A DNA stretch of 52,552 nucleotides, the filler included, from Squatina squatina (Eukaryota): NCBI GenBank assembly GCA_031763465.1. It is 4 parts of 4 records of this genome, joined end to end, with 100 filler letters (N's around TTAATTAATTAA, not from the genome) between each part and the next. Parts side by side here need not be neighbours in the genome. Positions count along the whole stretch, not along the records: positions 1 to 13,422 come from JARFOE010000001.1; 3 more parts are not named here. One strand, 5' to 3'. The position numbers and the translations under genes are program-made. The notes beneath the pieces were generated by a model. The model was not told the DNA's origin and did not search any database. It worked only from the letters and a program-made list of their open reading frames with translations. Of this stretch, positions 1 to 12,041 are shown piece after piece (position 1 is the stretch's first letter; each line of letters opens with the position of its first letter).

Positions 1-1710
1 TGTTTTAGCCTCGGAATGTTAATATTGAGTGAATTTTTTTTAATGATGTAATCTTCTGTCTCCAGTATATGATACAATTTCTGACATTATAATAAACAGT
101 GAACAGATCAAGCTTCACAGAATATGCTAGAGTGTTAGAAAGGTCTGGCATCTAACATCTCCAACATGCATGCTGATTTGGTGATCAAAATGAAAACCTC
201 AGTTGTAGATCTGATATGTGAGATTATATCCATTTGCCTTTTATCATATCCTTCCTTTTTATGAAAAAATTCTGGAACACATGTTAAAATATTACTTGTG
301 TGAAATTGTTTGAAAATATAGCTATATGATATGTATGCAAACTGCCCTTTAAAATAATCTAAATACTTTTTTATTTGATGGTTGGTGGCCGGGAGTGCAT
401 ATCTTGGTACACCTGAGAGAACATTGTCAGCAAATTGTTGAGATTTATAGCTGTGCAGTATCAGTCTTAATAGTTCAAAGATGCTGTTCAAACTAATTCA
501 TCAAAAATTTGGATGCCTTAAGATTGCTTAGAGACATTGGAATGTATTTCACAGTAAGCAGCTACTATTGATTTATTGATTGCTTAAAGGGGTCAAAATG
601 ACACCNNNNNNNNNNNNNNNNNNNNNNNNNNNNNNNNNNNNNNNNNNNNNNNNNNNNNNNNNNNNNNNNNNNNNNNNNNNNNNNNNNNNNNNNNNNNNNN
701 NNNNNGCATGCTGACCTCTGAAATCTAAGCAAACTCATCATGAGTATTTTCATCCTCTGTATCAAGTATGTTATTGCCTGCTTGGAAAGGGTGGTATTCT
801 AAAAGATCTTCCGTGTGTACGCTTTATATTTGCACAATTTAGAAATTACTGTAACTTTGTATTACATTTAAATCATTAGATTATCCCCTCTCAAGTAGAA
901 AACAGTTGGTGGCATTTTATCTAACTGCTCTCCCAGTGGAGTTGTTATCTGTCAAACATACCTTTTATATTGTCTCAGTTACAGTACTAATTGGTTGATA
1001 GCAGTGTGGTGGCAATTAAGATAAAGCGTTCAGGTATGAAGAGGACAAATGGATGCAGAAAAGCATAAAGCAGGACTTCTGACAAGAAACTTTTTTTTTT
1101 GCATGTGACATGGTGAATCAACATGATATGCAATTATCCAGACAGACTGTTTTGATGTTAAGAACGCTTGATTCGTACACTGATGTCTTGTCTTTCTGAA
1201 TGCTTTCAAACTGATACTGATGTGAGTATTCCGAACCCAAACTTAATCAACTAAGACAACTTTTTAATTAGTCCAGCAGAAGATTTCAGTGTCAGTTCCT
1301 GATTGGTGTTACTGTCATGAGGAATTAATGGGGTGCCTTCAGTTAAAAGCTTTAAACTTAAATGTCTCCTTTCTCTTGGTTTGCTTGTAAACGCATTTAT
1401 ACCTACTTCAAACTGCATAGGTAATACCTAGATAATTGGATTCAGTATTTATCTTCAAAGAAGTACTTGAAATTAGTCAGTCTAAAGTGGTCCACAGAGA
1501 AATGAATAGGCCAATTTCCCCAGTTTAGCATGGGAAATTAACTTCATTGACATTATGGTGGGAATGTTATTTCAGGTTTAAGACTGCATGGGATGCTACT
1601 GTATGCAGCCNNNNNNNNNNNNNNNNNNNNNNNNNNNNNNNNNNNNNNNNNNNNNNNNNNNNNNNNNNNNNNNNNNNNNNNNNNNNNNNNNNNNNNNNNN
1701 NNNNNNNNNN

Positions 1711-1856
1711 TAGTTCTTAGGGCTAAAGGGATCAAGGGATATGGGGAGAAAGCAGGAATAGGGTACTGAATTTGGATGATCAGCCATCATCATATTGAAT
1801 GGCGGAGCAGGCTCGAAGGGTTGAATGGTCTACTCCTGTTCCTATTTTCTATGTGT
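1711..1856 (+). mobile_element. CR1-clade LINE 3' end
   Basis: Typical chondrichthyan CR1 3' tail: 'gggatcaagggatatggggagaaagcagg...gatcagcc...attgaatggcggagcaggctcgaaggg...tactcctgttcctattttctatg'; 5' side cut by a gap. Confidence 0.85.
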
Positions 1857-2290
1857 CTGTATACATCCATGGTTTTGGCCATCAGTGTGCTTATGTTTTT
1901 GATCTGATGCCAAGAACTCAGTTAATTGCCATTAGCTCTTGACTCCAGTAAGCTGTGAACCCCGTGTGGCTTGGCTCCAAAACGAGTAAATTCACTCATG
2001 TTATTTTTAGAAACCAAATGGTGCCTGGAAAAATTATTCAGTTGATTCTGTTACAACCACATAATGGATGTCGCAGTAGTAGGTTCTTACTGTTATTACT
2101 GAAGTAGATTTATCTGGTGATGCTGTATTATGACAGTCTTTTAAATGCAACTCTCCTGCTTTAATAACATTAACTTCATTTTATGGTAGTTTTAATGCAG
2201 TACTATTGTACTGTGCTAAATGAATCCAGATATTTCCTTTTAGTTTTGTAAACTGCAGGACGAAGTTGACTTAAGTTACAACTGTAAGGT

Positions 2291-2735
2291 GTCACCCTTG
2301 GCTCAGTGGGTAGCACTCTTGCCCCCTGAGTCAGAAGGTTGTGGGTTCAAGCCCTACTCCAGAGACTGGAGCACATAATCTATGCTGACACTTTAGTGTA
2401 ATTACTGAGGGAGCAGTGCACTGTCGGAGAAGCTGTGTTTTGGCTGAGACGTTAAACAGAAGTCCGATCTGCCCTGCAGGTGGATTTTTAAAATCCCACA
2501 TCTGAAGAAAAACAGGGGAGTTCTCTGGTGTCCTGGCCAATATATAACCCTAAACCAACATAAAACGGATTAACTGGTCATGTATTTTATTGCTGTATGT
2601 GGGATGCCACTGTGTGCAAATTGGCTGTTGTGTACATAACAACAGTGACTACATTTCGTCTGAAAAGTTTCATTGACTATACAACACGTTGGCACGTCCT
2701 GAAAGGTGTTACATAAATGCAAGTCCTTTCCTTTC
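2291..2735 (+). mobile_element. tRNA-derived DeuSINE (SacSINE1-like), near full length
   Basis: Pol III A box TGGCTCAGTGG (2299) and B box GGTTCAAGCCC (2344); Deu-domain-like core 'tgagacgttaaac...caggggagttctctggtgtcctggccaat...gtgcaaattggctg'; tail 'ataaatgcaagtc'. Aligns by eye to several other copies in the window. Confidence 0.85.
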
Positions 2736-3814
2736 CTAAATTAAAACAGTTTCAATTTCGCCTTCCCATTACATTAAGGAAAAACATATTCAAAGCCTTC
2801 TGGAATAAATGGGGCTGATGGCTGTGGTTTCAGCCCTGGTAATGTTTATTGCTAGACATGAACATAGGAAATAGGGACAGAGATCCATTATGTGGATCTC
2901 CACCCTCTTTATGTAGCTCCAGGATTTCCGTAGTTTTGCCGACCTGTACCTACACCAGCAAGATGAGAGCAGGCATGGGGCTGAGGTGGGAAGTTGGATG
3001 GTTAGCAACTTAAATCGGAAGGNNNNNNNNNNTGATCGTATTTTATGTTATTTTTATTAAATTATGTCTTATCTGTATCTGTGGTTATTCGAAACTTCAC
3101 TTATAATTGAATTTATTTTAAAAACATGTTGGTGGTGAACTGGTGCTATGTTCTACAGCATCAACACTGTGGGCCATGCAGTGTTGGCCTGCTAGTTTGA
3201 ATTTTAAATTCCCCTGGGAGGTTTAATTAGTGTTCTAAGTGGGGAGGTGAGTGTTGAAAATGCTTTTCTAAATCCTTCTGCCTTTAAAGTCAATGGAAAA
3301 CCTTTGTTTAATTTCAGTGGATAAGATGCACCATGCTNNNNNNNNNNNNNNNNNNNNNNNNNNNNNNNNNNNNNNNNNNNNNNNNNNNNNNNNNNNNNNN
3401 NNNNNNNNNNNNNNNNNNNNNNNNNNNNNNNNNNNNNCTGGAGCAAGAGCAATAACATATTACCATGAAGCAACTACTTCTGGAGTCAGTGCGACCAAGT
3501 GTAGGATGGCCTTCATTGTATGTTTTCAGTCCGGAGTTAGTGACCTACTATAACCAGGAGCATAAGCAGTCAGACAGTACTGTACTCCACTGGAGTTGGT
3601 TTGCCACCAGATTTGGTAATTGGCAAGCAAAGGAGATCACAGGTGTCAGTAACAGTGCCTAACGTCACTGTTTTGGCAGGTGCTCATCACTCCCAGTGTG
3701 TGAATTTAAAACAAAGTACAAATGATCTGGACAGCTCGGTGCATCCACACGCTGCTGTTGATGAGACAAGCTGTCTCGCTGTGATTGTAAGCTAATTAGG
3801 ATCAGCTCTGGTGA

Positions 3815-3885
3815 TAAAAATAGAGAATAGTGGAAATACACAGCAGGCATGTCAGCAACTGAAAAGAGAGAATGTAGGTTAACTG
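3815..3885 (-). mobile_element. Short Penelope-like element remnant
   Basis: Reverse complement resembles the 'tctctc...cagttgctg...cctgctg.gt.tttcca.tatt' segment at 18100-18160. Confidence 0.5.
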
Positions 3886-4170
3886 GAGCAGTGGTACAGT
3901 GTGGTGATCAGAAAAGAGATGTAGGTTGTGAAACTCCTGGGATAAGTGCATAAAGTGATACTTCCTTGTCTAAAAGTCACGTTAAATTTTTCATTAAAAA
4001 TTAGTCAATGCAGGAATTTCACTGCCCGAGAGGTTTTCGTGAATCTATTATCATCAGCAGTGCCGGTAAAAAACCGAAAACCAGCCTGCTCTAACGTTAT
4101 TATATGTTTAGGCCCTTCCATGTGGGGAAGTGACTCTTGCCTGCCCTTTTTATTTGTATTGAAACTGGAG

Positions 4171-4545
4171 TTCAGCCGTGGTTCAGTGGCAGCACCTCTG
4201 AGTCAGTGGGTTGTGGGTTCAAGTCTTGAGCACAAATATAGGCTGACATTTCAATGCAGGACTGATGAGTGCAGCACTTGTTCGTGTTGTTGTTTCTTGG
4301 ATGAGACGTTAAACCATGCAGAGGTAAAAGAACCGATGGGACTATTCAAAGAGGTGCAGGGGAGTTCTTTTGATTTCCTGGACAATATTTATCCCTCAAC
4401 CAACATCACTAAAACAGATTATCAGGTCATTATCACATTACTGTTTGTGGGAGCTTGCTATGTTCAAATCGGCCGCCGCATTTCCTACATTACATTTCAT
4501 CGACTGTAAAGCGCTTTGGGGCATGAATGAAATGCACATTTTTTT
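4171..4545 (+). mobile_element. DeuSINE (SacSINE1-like) with internal deletions
   Basis: A/B-box head 'gtggttcagtggcagcac...gggttcaagtc'; core 'ggatgagacgttaaacc...atttatccctcaaccaacatcactaaaacagattatc'. Confidence 0.85.
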
Positions 4546-5043
4546 TAAAAGAACTGTAGCATTAAAGTCGGCTTGTTACAGTTAAAAGTTATTGATGTGC
4601 AGGTGAAAAGATTCAGGATTTTATAGAGAAGATACCTTCAGTGTATTTCTGCTGTCCATAAAATTTATTGGCTTTTTACATTGAGAACGGAGAGAGAGAC
4701 TGCCACAACCCTTCCTTTCAGTCAGTTGAGATGTTTTAATTTATTAGATAACCATTGACTCTGTGACAAGTTGTAAAAGTGGCTAATGGCATTGTCCCCT
4801 GCGGAGAGCTGACTGTGTAATGAATTGAAGTGTTTACAGCCCTGCTAATCTTCCTCCTCAAGTAATCAGTGGGGATAAACAAACTGGCCATGCTTTCAAT
4901 GACCGCTGTTAATAGAAAAAAAACAGTAATCAAGGGCGGCCTATAGGTCAGATTCCTTCCAAACCCCCCTGCCCCCCCACATGCACATCTCCGCCCAACG
5001 TGTGTTGGAACAGTATCTGTGTGTCCAGCTTTTATCCAGCTGT

Positions 5044-5465
5044 GGTCAGCAGTGGCTCAATGGGCAGCACTCTTGCCTCTGAGTCGGAAGGTTCTTGGTT
5101 CAAGTCCCACTCCAGAGACTTAAGCACATAAATCTAGGCTGACACTCCAATGCTGAGGGAGCGCTGCACAGTCAGAGGTGCCGTTTTTCAGATGAGACAT
5201 TAACCTGAGGCCCTCAACAGTCTGTCCTCTCATGTGGACATAAAAGAACCTATGGCACTATTGGAAGAAGAGCAGGGGAGTTCTCCCCAGTTTCCTGGGC
5301 CAGTATTTATCCCTCAATCAATATCAATAAAATAGATTATTTGGTCATTATCACATTGCTGTTTGTGGGAGCTTGCTGTGTGCAAATTGGCTGCCGTGAT
5401 TCCTACATTACAACAGTGACTACACTTCAAAAGTAATTTGTTGGCTGTAAAGTGCTTTAAGGTCT
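5044..5465 (+). mobile_element. DeuSINE (SacSINE1-like), best-preserved copy
   Basis: A box TGGCTCAATGG (5053), B box GGTTCAAGTCCC (5097), full core through 'acaacagtgactacacttcaaaagtaatttgttggctgtaaagtgcttt'. Confidence 0.9.
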
Positions 5466-5539
5466 TCCTTTCTATGTAGAAATCCAGCTTCTGCCTTCTC
5501 AGCACATGGTAGCCCTACAAAACAACAGTCAGTGCATTT

Positions 5540-5810
5540 AGAAATTTCAACATAGGAGGTCACTTTTTGGTCCATTGTGCCAGTATTAGCTTTGCCACTG
5601 GAACCATCTACTTTAATCCCATTCCTCTGTTCTTTCCCTTTAATCTTAATATCTTTATCTAATTCACTCTCAAATGTCATGATTGAATTTGCTTCAATAG
5701 CCACTTGTACCATTCCATTATGTATTCAAATACCCCTTTACACAAAGAAAATCTTCTCAGGTCCTCCTGGCTGCTGCTGTCCTAACTTTGAGTTTATTTC
5801 CCCTGATCCT
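5540..5810 (-). mobile_element. Degraded CR1 LINE 3' region
   Basis: Minus strand reads ...AIEANSIMTFESELDKDIK..., like the CR1 ORF2 C-terminus, followed by tail-like sequence. Confidence 0.55.
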
Positions 5811-5839
5811 TGATTAGATGCGAAACTTAGAACTGGGGT

Positions 5840-6020
5840 GAAGAAGAATCAGTAATCAACACATGGAATAGGCTTCCAGGAAACGTCGTGGGGGCAAAAA
5901 TCCTTGGAGTTAATCGAAAGGCCATTGGATGAGGTGGTGGCGGGGGGAGTGCTGTAGATTTTTCTTTCTGCACAGATGAGCAAAGATGAGCCAAATGGTC
6001 TTCCTCATCTGAATCCAACT
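5840..6020 (+). mobile_element. Old CR1/L3-like 3' end
   Basis: Encodes VINTWNRLPGNVVGA (CR1 'WNxLP' motif) followed by a 3'UTR-like 'gatgagccaaatggtcttcctc'. Confidence 0.6.
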
Positions 6021-7204
6021 TGTGATATATAAAATGATCAGTGGCATAAAGGTGGAAGTGGGGAAGTAGGCAAGAATAANNNNNNNNNNNNNNNNNNNNN
6101 NNNNNNNNNNNNNNNNNNNNNNNNNNNNNNNNNNNNNNNNNNNNNNNNNNNNNNNNNNNNNNNNNNNNNNNNNNNNNNNATAGATAGAGCTGGATAGTCC
6201 CACAGCCAATGGATCAGAATAAAGTATGAATTTAACTCTCCGGTGTTGGTTTCAAGCCAGTTTGAATGAACAGTTAGGATAATGTAAATGGGTGCTTGAA
6301 ATCTCTCTGATACTGCATTCACTAGACTTTACACTTTCCTAGCAATGTACCATTAACATGGTGATGTGAGAAATAACTGACCTCACTCACCATGTTGGCT
6401 TTGGTCCAGTAGTTTGAACATCTGGGCTCAAGCAAATCAGTTAATTCTGAATGATGGTTTAGCATGAACGCGTTTTGACAAAAGAACAAGGAACAAGGTT
6501 TATTATTCATTTTCATTATTGACTTTTACATAGTTCGGCAGGAAGCTTAACTTTTCCCCCTTTCTTCCAAGCTTCAACACTATGCTGTGGATGTTCTTTT
6601 TGTTGTTGAGGCTATAATGGAAATGGGGGAAAAGGGAGCAATAAATTTATACGAACAACCATTGCTGTTAATCTAGTCTCTTAGGCTTTGCTAGTAGACA
6701 ACTGCTGCTATATGAAAAGTGAAAAGATGCCTCTAAAGTATGGAGATGAAACTCACTTCAATTTTATACAAACATTTTGACAACAAATTTTGCACAAAAA
6801 TCTAAATGTAGAGGGCTAAGCTGCTGATTTGGTTACTCAAGCTCCAGTGTTTGTCACCCAGTAGGCAGGGTGATGCAGTAGCATTTATGTACTGGTTCCG
6901 GTATAACACCTGTGGTCAGTAAAACACTCCAAAAATCAAAATACANNNNNNNNNNNNNNNNNNNNNNNNNNNNNNNNNNNNNNNNNNNNNNNNNNNNNNN
7001 NNNNNNNNNNNNNNNNNNNNNNNNNNNNNNNNNNNNNNNNNNNNNCCCCGAGACAGCCGACGGCTCTCTGCCTCTCCATAAAGGTACGAGTGTCCGGGCT
7101 GCTGTCGATCGCACCCCAGGCCGAGAGAGGTGTGTGTGGTGTGTGCGACCTACAGGTCCAAGCCGGACCCGCGTTAAACCGAGTTCCACACTATAATGGG
7201 GTCC

Positions 7205-7635
7205 TAGTGTACTACCTTTCTTTCCTCTCCAAGATCCTCAATTATGTCATTGCCTCCCATCTCTGTACCCATCTCTTAAAATTCTGTGTTGAAATCGCTT
7301 CAGTTCAGCTTCCGTACTTGTTATAGCACTGAAATGGCCTTAGTCAAATGACAGCCTCTGTGGCATAATCATGGTGCACTATTCCTCATTGATGTTTTTG
7401 CAGCATTTATGCTTGACCATGCCATCCTCTTCTAATACTAATATCCAGCTCGACCTTTCCAGCACTTCTCTCAGCTCCTCAGCTGTCTCCGTGCTGCCAG
7501 ACTGTCGATCCAACATCAAGTCTTGGGTGCTTCACAAATTCCTCAAGCTCAACATTAGAAAGACTGGAGCCACTACCGTTCAACCTCGTCACAAATTTTA
7601 CTCTGTTGCCATCGACGCCATTGCCTCCCTTGCAA
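7205..7635 (+). mobile_element. L2-clade LINE reverse-transcriptase fragment, degraded and internally deleted
   Basis: Remnants of L2 RT motifs: LSFLSKIL, STEMALVK, DHAIL, then NIQLDLS...DCRSNIKSWVLHKFLKLNIRKT. Confidence 0.8.
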
Positions 7636-7702
7636 CTCTTTCAGATTGACAGGACAATTGATTTATCAAGACACATGTTAGACAGAATTGGACACACAAC
7701 AG
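7636..7702 (+). CDS. TLL1: Tolloid-like 1, 3' part of exon-2 equivalent (prodomain), 5'-truncated
   Basis: Translates [22 protein letters not shown](G), matching recalled TLL1 [23 protein letters not shown]; phase-1 donor G|GTAATG at 7703. The expected N-terminal part (AVFWGDIALDDED) is absent. Confidence 0.85.
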
Positions 7703-8009
7703 GTAATGTAGGTTGCATGCATGTGGCCAATATATTTTTCAAAAGAAACCTTAAACAAATGAAGGAAGTAAGTCTAAATTTTCTGAGTCTGAGCTGGTGG
7801 CAATGTACCTCACCCTGCCCCAGCTCGTATTATGAAAATTACAGTAGTGTTACCTGCAATTTAATGCAATATGTGGCTCTATAGCATATATAACATACTT
7901 TAAAAATTGTTCACAAATGCTTTGAAAAATAATGTTGTGACTGGATATTATTGCCATTTATGTTATTGTTATGTATGTTATGTAGCTTAGAAGAATTCTT
8001 GTGCCACTC

Positions 8010-8360
8010 CGTCAATGATTTAGCTGGTAGCTCAGCCTTACAGATCAGGAAGCTGTCAGATTCGATTCCCAGCCTGTGTTGAGTTAGCTGATCACAGTCA
8101 AGGTAGAAGTAGGGATGCTATAAGTGGACCTGGCACCTCTGGGTCAGTTGACACCTGTTGGAGGTAGGCATATGTAAACATTGGTGGAGGACAAGGTTGG
8201 GTATGTCTGTGATAGCTCCCAAGGTCAAATACTTTACTGACACTCACTGTCGAGGTTCATAGGTGAAGAACTTATATCACAGTATAGCCAGTTTTTTGTG
8301 GAGCTGAACCTGAGCAAGGAATCACGCATCTGGGAGAGGGAGGGAAGATAGTTAGCAATA
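8010..8360 (+). mobile_element. tRNA-derived SINE, AmnSINE2-like
   Basis: 'cagatcaggaag...attcgattcccagcctgtgttgagttagctgatc...gacactcactgtc.aggttca...tgaagaa' resembles the recalled AmnSINE2 consensus; related pieces at 22990, 24110 and 51970. Confidence 0.55.
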
Positions 8361-8467
8361 AAGAAAGGAGGAAAAGGGAAAAGAAATAACATGCATTCTG
8401 GTGCCAGTGAACAAACATCATAAAATTGTAAACACACTTCTGATTTTAAAGCCACATTATTCCTTTA

Positions 8468-9125
8468 ATTCAAACCGACTCCAGCACTCGAGTGCACAAT
8501 CTAGACAGACACTCCAGTGCAGTACTGAGTGAGTTATGCTTTGTTAGAAATATTGGGGTAAATTTTCATTTTCACTGTGCAGTAATCTGGAGGAGAGGAA
8601 ATGAATGGACTGACATTTGGGTGGGTTCTATAGCAGGGTGGGCAATCTACTCTGCCAAATTATCATCCATACAGTGCAGGCGAAAATCTATCCCAGTGAA
8701 CTTTTGGATGAGTGATTATTCCCAATCCCAGCACAAAATTGTAAACAATATACATGCAAATTGGAGAATAGAGCACTAAGATCAGCGTGCCTGATTCATG
8801 GCATCCCTGATTTTAAGACCATTGGTTAATATATCAAAATCTAGAGCCTTGTTTGCCTATTCTGGTCCTTAAAGTATATGTTAAAGATCTCACTCTACTG
8901 CTCACCAGGGAGTTCTTTGGTGTCCTGCTCAAAATTCATCCCTACACCAACATCAACGTAGATTCACCTCATTGCTGATTGTGGGATTTTACTGTGCAAA
9001 ATGGCTGCCATGTTCACTTACATAACAACAGCCACAGCACTTTAATAAATTAATTGTATGTGTACCACTTTGACACATTTTTGAGAGATGTGACAAGCTG
9101 CTATATAAATACAAGTCTTTCCTTT
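8468..9125 (+). mobile_element. DeuSINE split by an insertion (head about 8468-8548, core and tail about 8880-9125)
   Basis: Head 'ttcaaaccgactccagcactcgagtgcacaatctag...gacactccagtgcagtactgag' and tail 'caggggagttc...ctatataaatacaagtc' match the two halves of the other copies. Confidence 0.75.
8555..8694. mobile_element. Short inverted-repeat (MITE-like) element
   Basis: Left end GGGGTAAATTTTC (8555-8567) matches the reverse complement of the right end, GGGATAGATTTTC (8682-8694), at 11/13, with weaker symmetry further in. Confidence 0.6.
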
Positions 9126-9424
9126 TTTATTTTCAATTTTACAAAATTAATGGCTATTTTTCTTCAGGCAACAGTGACCACAAATATATCGTGCATGTAC
9201 ATTGCTCACCTATCTGTATATTTTTCCTGGATTCTAGTACAGTAGTCTGACAGTGCCCTATTGAATTTCTTGCAGTTTACTTAGATCTTTCTGTACACAG
9301 GTGACTGTACAATCTTAACTGTGGAAAAAAAGGATAAAATAATACTTGCATATTCACATTGAAACATTTCAAAACACTTTACTGGATGAAATGGTTTTGA
9401 AATAACTGATGTTTTTGTGTGGAC

Positions 9425-9750
9425 ACACGTGGCAGCCATTCTGTGCCAGTAATGTTTCACACAAAGCAATGAGATGAATAACCAGCCAATTTATTTTAGG
9501 TGGTGTTGACTAAGGGAGGAATGTTGGCTTGGACAGCAGAGCTCCCTCTTCTTAAAATAGAGCCATGGGATTTTAACATCCATTTGGCAGGTAGACAGGA
9601 TCGCCTTTTAAAATCTCATCCAAGGGATGGCACATGTAGCGCTCCCTTGGCACTGTACAGCCTTAATCCATATATTCAAGTCCTGGTGCAGGTTTGAAAC
9701 TATGATTTGTTGAACCAGAGGCAAGCGTGTAATCTGCTGAGTCACACTGA
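9425..9750 (-). mobile_element. DeuSINE, diverged
   Basis: Reverse complement of the core ('gccatgggattttaacatcca...tctcatcc') and head ('agaggcaagcgtg...ctgagtcac'). Confidence 0.75.
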
Positions 9751-9899
9751 CAGAAAGTAATCATTTTGTTTCACCCTTCATTCTATACAGATTTTAAAAA
9801 ATAAACAAAATTATTAGCTTGATTGAAATCCCCACTCTTGAATCAGTCTGCACTGTTCTACATCTTTGTAAGTGTTATTTTCTGCTTGTATTTTTAAAG

Positions 9900-9980
9900 G
9901 TGGGTCTGGAGAACACAGAGTTTTGAAAAAGAAAGGAACAGTTTATCAACTTATAGATCGGATACTAAGATTGGGAACAG
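9900..9980 (+). CDS. TLL1: Tolloid-like 1 exon-3 equivalent (81 bp, prodomain)
   Basis: Acceptor tttttaaAG|, donor |GTATTT, phase 1-1; (G)GSGEHRVLKKKGTVYQLIDRILRLGT(G) vs recalled human [28 protein letters not shown]. Confidence 0.92.
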
Positions 9981-11888
9981 GTATTTTTCATAACAACTTA
10001 TTTTTGTTATCAATATTAAATGCTGCCAATAAAATGTTTTCACCCTTTTAAATATTGATTCTTTTTGGATTTTGACATAATGTAATAGCTTACATTGTAT
10101 TCTGCAAGTTTTTTAAACTGTAAAGTGATGTAAAGGAGATTTCAAGAGATGTGTAGAATCATGAGTGATTACTTGATTTGATATATGCTTTGTATGGGAA
10201 ACCTATGAGGTCTCAGTGGACAAATGCACAATACTGAGCTATATATAAATCTGGAAGATACCAGATAAAGTAGATATGAATGAATTTCAGTGGCGACAGT
10301 ATTTGGTTTGGCTATGATCATTATCCCAGTTGAAATCTCTGCCGATAATGCCTGAGATCACGTGTGATGAGCAGCCCCTTGTGTGTAGCGTGTAGTGTGT
10401 AGACAGCAAGTCAGTGCTGTCAGGAGAAGAGGAGAAAACTGCAAGGACAGGAGTAAAGGAGCTCCCCTGATTCACCTCTGTCCAGAAGATTCTGCCCATC
10501 ATTTGAACATCTCATTCGTGGGGATTAAACTCAGAAATTTTGGCTAGGTACAACTGCATGGAACAATACATTGAGGGTTCACTGTTCAGTCTTTTGACCC
10601 CTGCTGAGTGTGAGTGAGTGGTGTGTGTGTGTGTGCACGCGTAGGGACAGGTCTGTGCTAGGCAATGATGCGTTCGATACTCACAGGCTGCAAAATTTTG
10701 GGGATTAACGCTGGCTGGTTTTGATGAAAAAATGGTGGCCACCTCACGTCTTCCCCCTTCTGGCAGGACCCAGGGCAGCTGCCATTTTGGATGGTCAGTA
10801 GCGCTGCCGCTGCCAACACTAGCTCCACATGTTTATATGAGGCAGATCGTGAAGTCAATGAGTGTGCTGATTTGATGCATGGTCTGTCATTTTGGACATT
10901 GCCGCCATCTACTAATCACGATCAGCTGAACAAGCGTTCAGCAGCAGGAAGGTGCCCCCGGCAGCGCTGTTTAAAAGGGACCATCAAGGTCTTGCAGCTG
11001 ACATACTTTCTCAGCTCTACTGGCTCCGTCGAAGGTTGTGTAATTGTTTGGAGCTGTCTACAGTTATTTAATGTTGCTGAGGTGACAGGGATTGTGCNNN
11101 NNNNNNNNNNNNNNNNNNNNNNNNNNNNNNNNNNNNNNNNNNNNNNNNNNNNNNNNNNNNNNNNNNNNNNNNNNNNNNNNNNNNNNNNNNNNNNNNNGCA
11201 GCAACTATTTATCTTCGCTGTCAGTGGCATTCAGAGACAGGAAATGAAACCACCTTGATGGATAGTGTTCTCTGCCTCGAGAGACATGTACACTGCCCCA
11301 CTTCCAAAAGCAGTCCTATAATATGAATGGAGCATCAAAAGAATATTGCAAACCTTTAATGATAGTAGTAAGCCCTGCCACTTATGAGAGACCATTAAAA
11401 TGTTATTTCTTCTTAATTGGCAAAATAAAATGGAGGATGGCTTCAACTTATCCAGGTTTTAATTGACGATTTTACTTCTCCTTCCTCCTCCCCCATAGAC
11501 ATGGACATTTTGGTGTGTTAGAGCCAAAAGATGTGTTTGCAAGAAATCCCCTCAACTAGAAGTGCAATTTTCAGTGGCAATCTGTGTCACAATGCAAAAT
11601 CTTTGGGGTCCCAAATGGTCTCCTGAAATCTCCGGGAAAACGGCGCTAAGATAGCGCTAAGCCCTTTGCGCTCGCTGACGGCACTACCTGAGTTATTTGC
11701 ACAATTGATCATGCTTTCTGGTGACCTCAAAAGAGGATCCGGCAGTATTTCACTGGCGGCGTGAGGAGAGGTGGCGCACGGTGATGGTGATTGGCGAGTG
11801 TGCATGAATTTGGTTGGTGTACAGTGGGTTCAGATAAAGATTAAAAAAAGTCAACAAAAGCATTTTTTTTAATGCTCGGATGATCTGA

Positions 11889-12041
<153 letters not shown>

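Noticed and set aside
135-491. 118-aa minus-strand ORF considered as a viral or transposase relic
   Set aside because: No recognisable motif, stops on both sides, and a few ORFs of this length are expected by chance over six frames of this much DNA. A BLASTP/HHpred hit would overturn this.
2299-2360. tRNA gene at the A/B-box motifs
   Set aside because: These are tRNA-derived SINE heads that continue into the SINE body; no complete cloverleaf is evident.
3440-3660. Possible Harbinger transposase remnant (TYNEGH-like on the minus strand)
   Set aside because: Similarity is limited to a few residues in different frames.
4030-4060. Minus-strand CTGATGA...GAAA hammerhead-like core
   Set aside because: No convincing stem II or stem I and no Penelope context.
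3946-4509. 187-aa ORF
   Set aside because: Runs through a DeuSINE copy; no protein features.
7046-7200. CpG-rich segment with a small GGTCC/GGACC hairpin, considered as a Helitron or LTR end
   Set aside because: Probably a young repeat, but it is cut by a gap and the terminal signatures are ambiguous.
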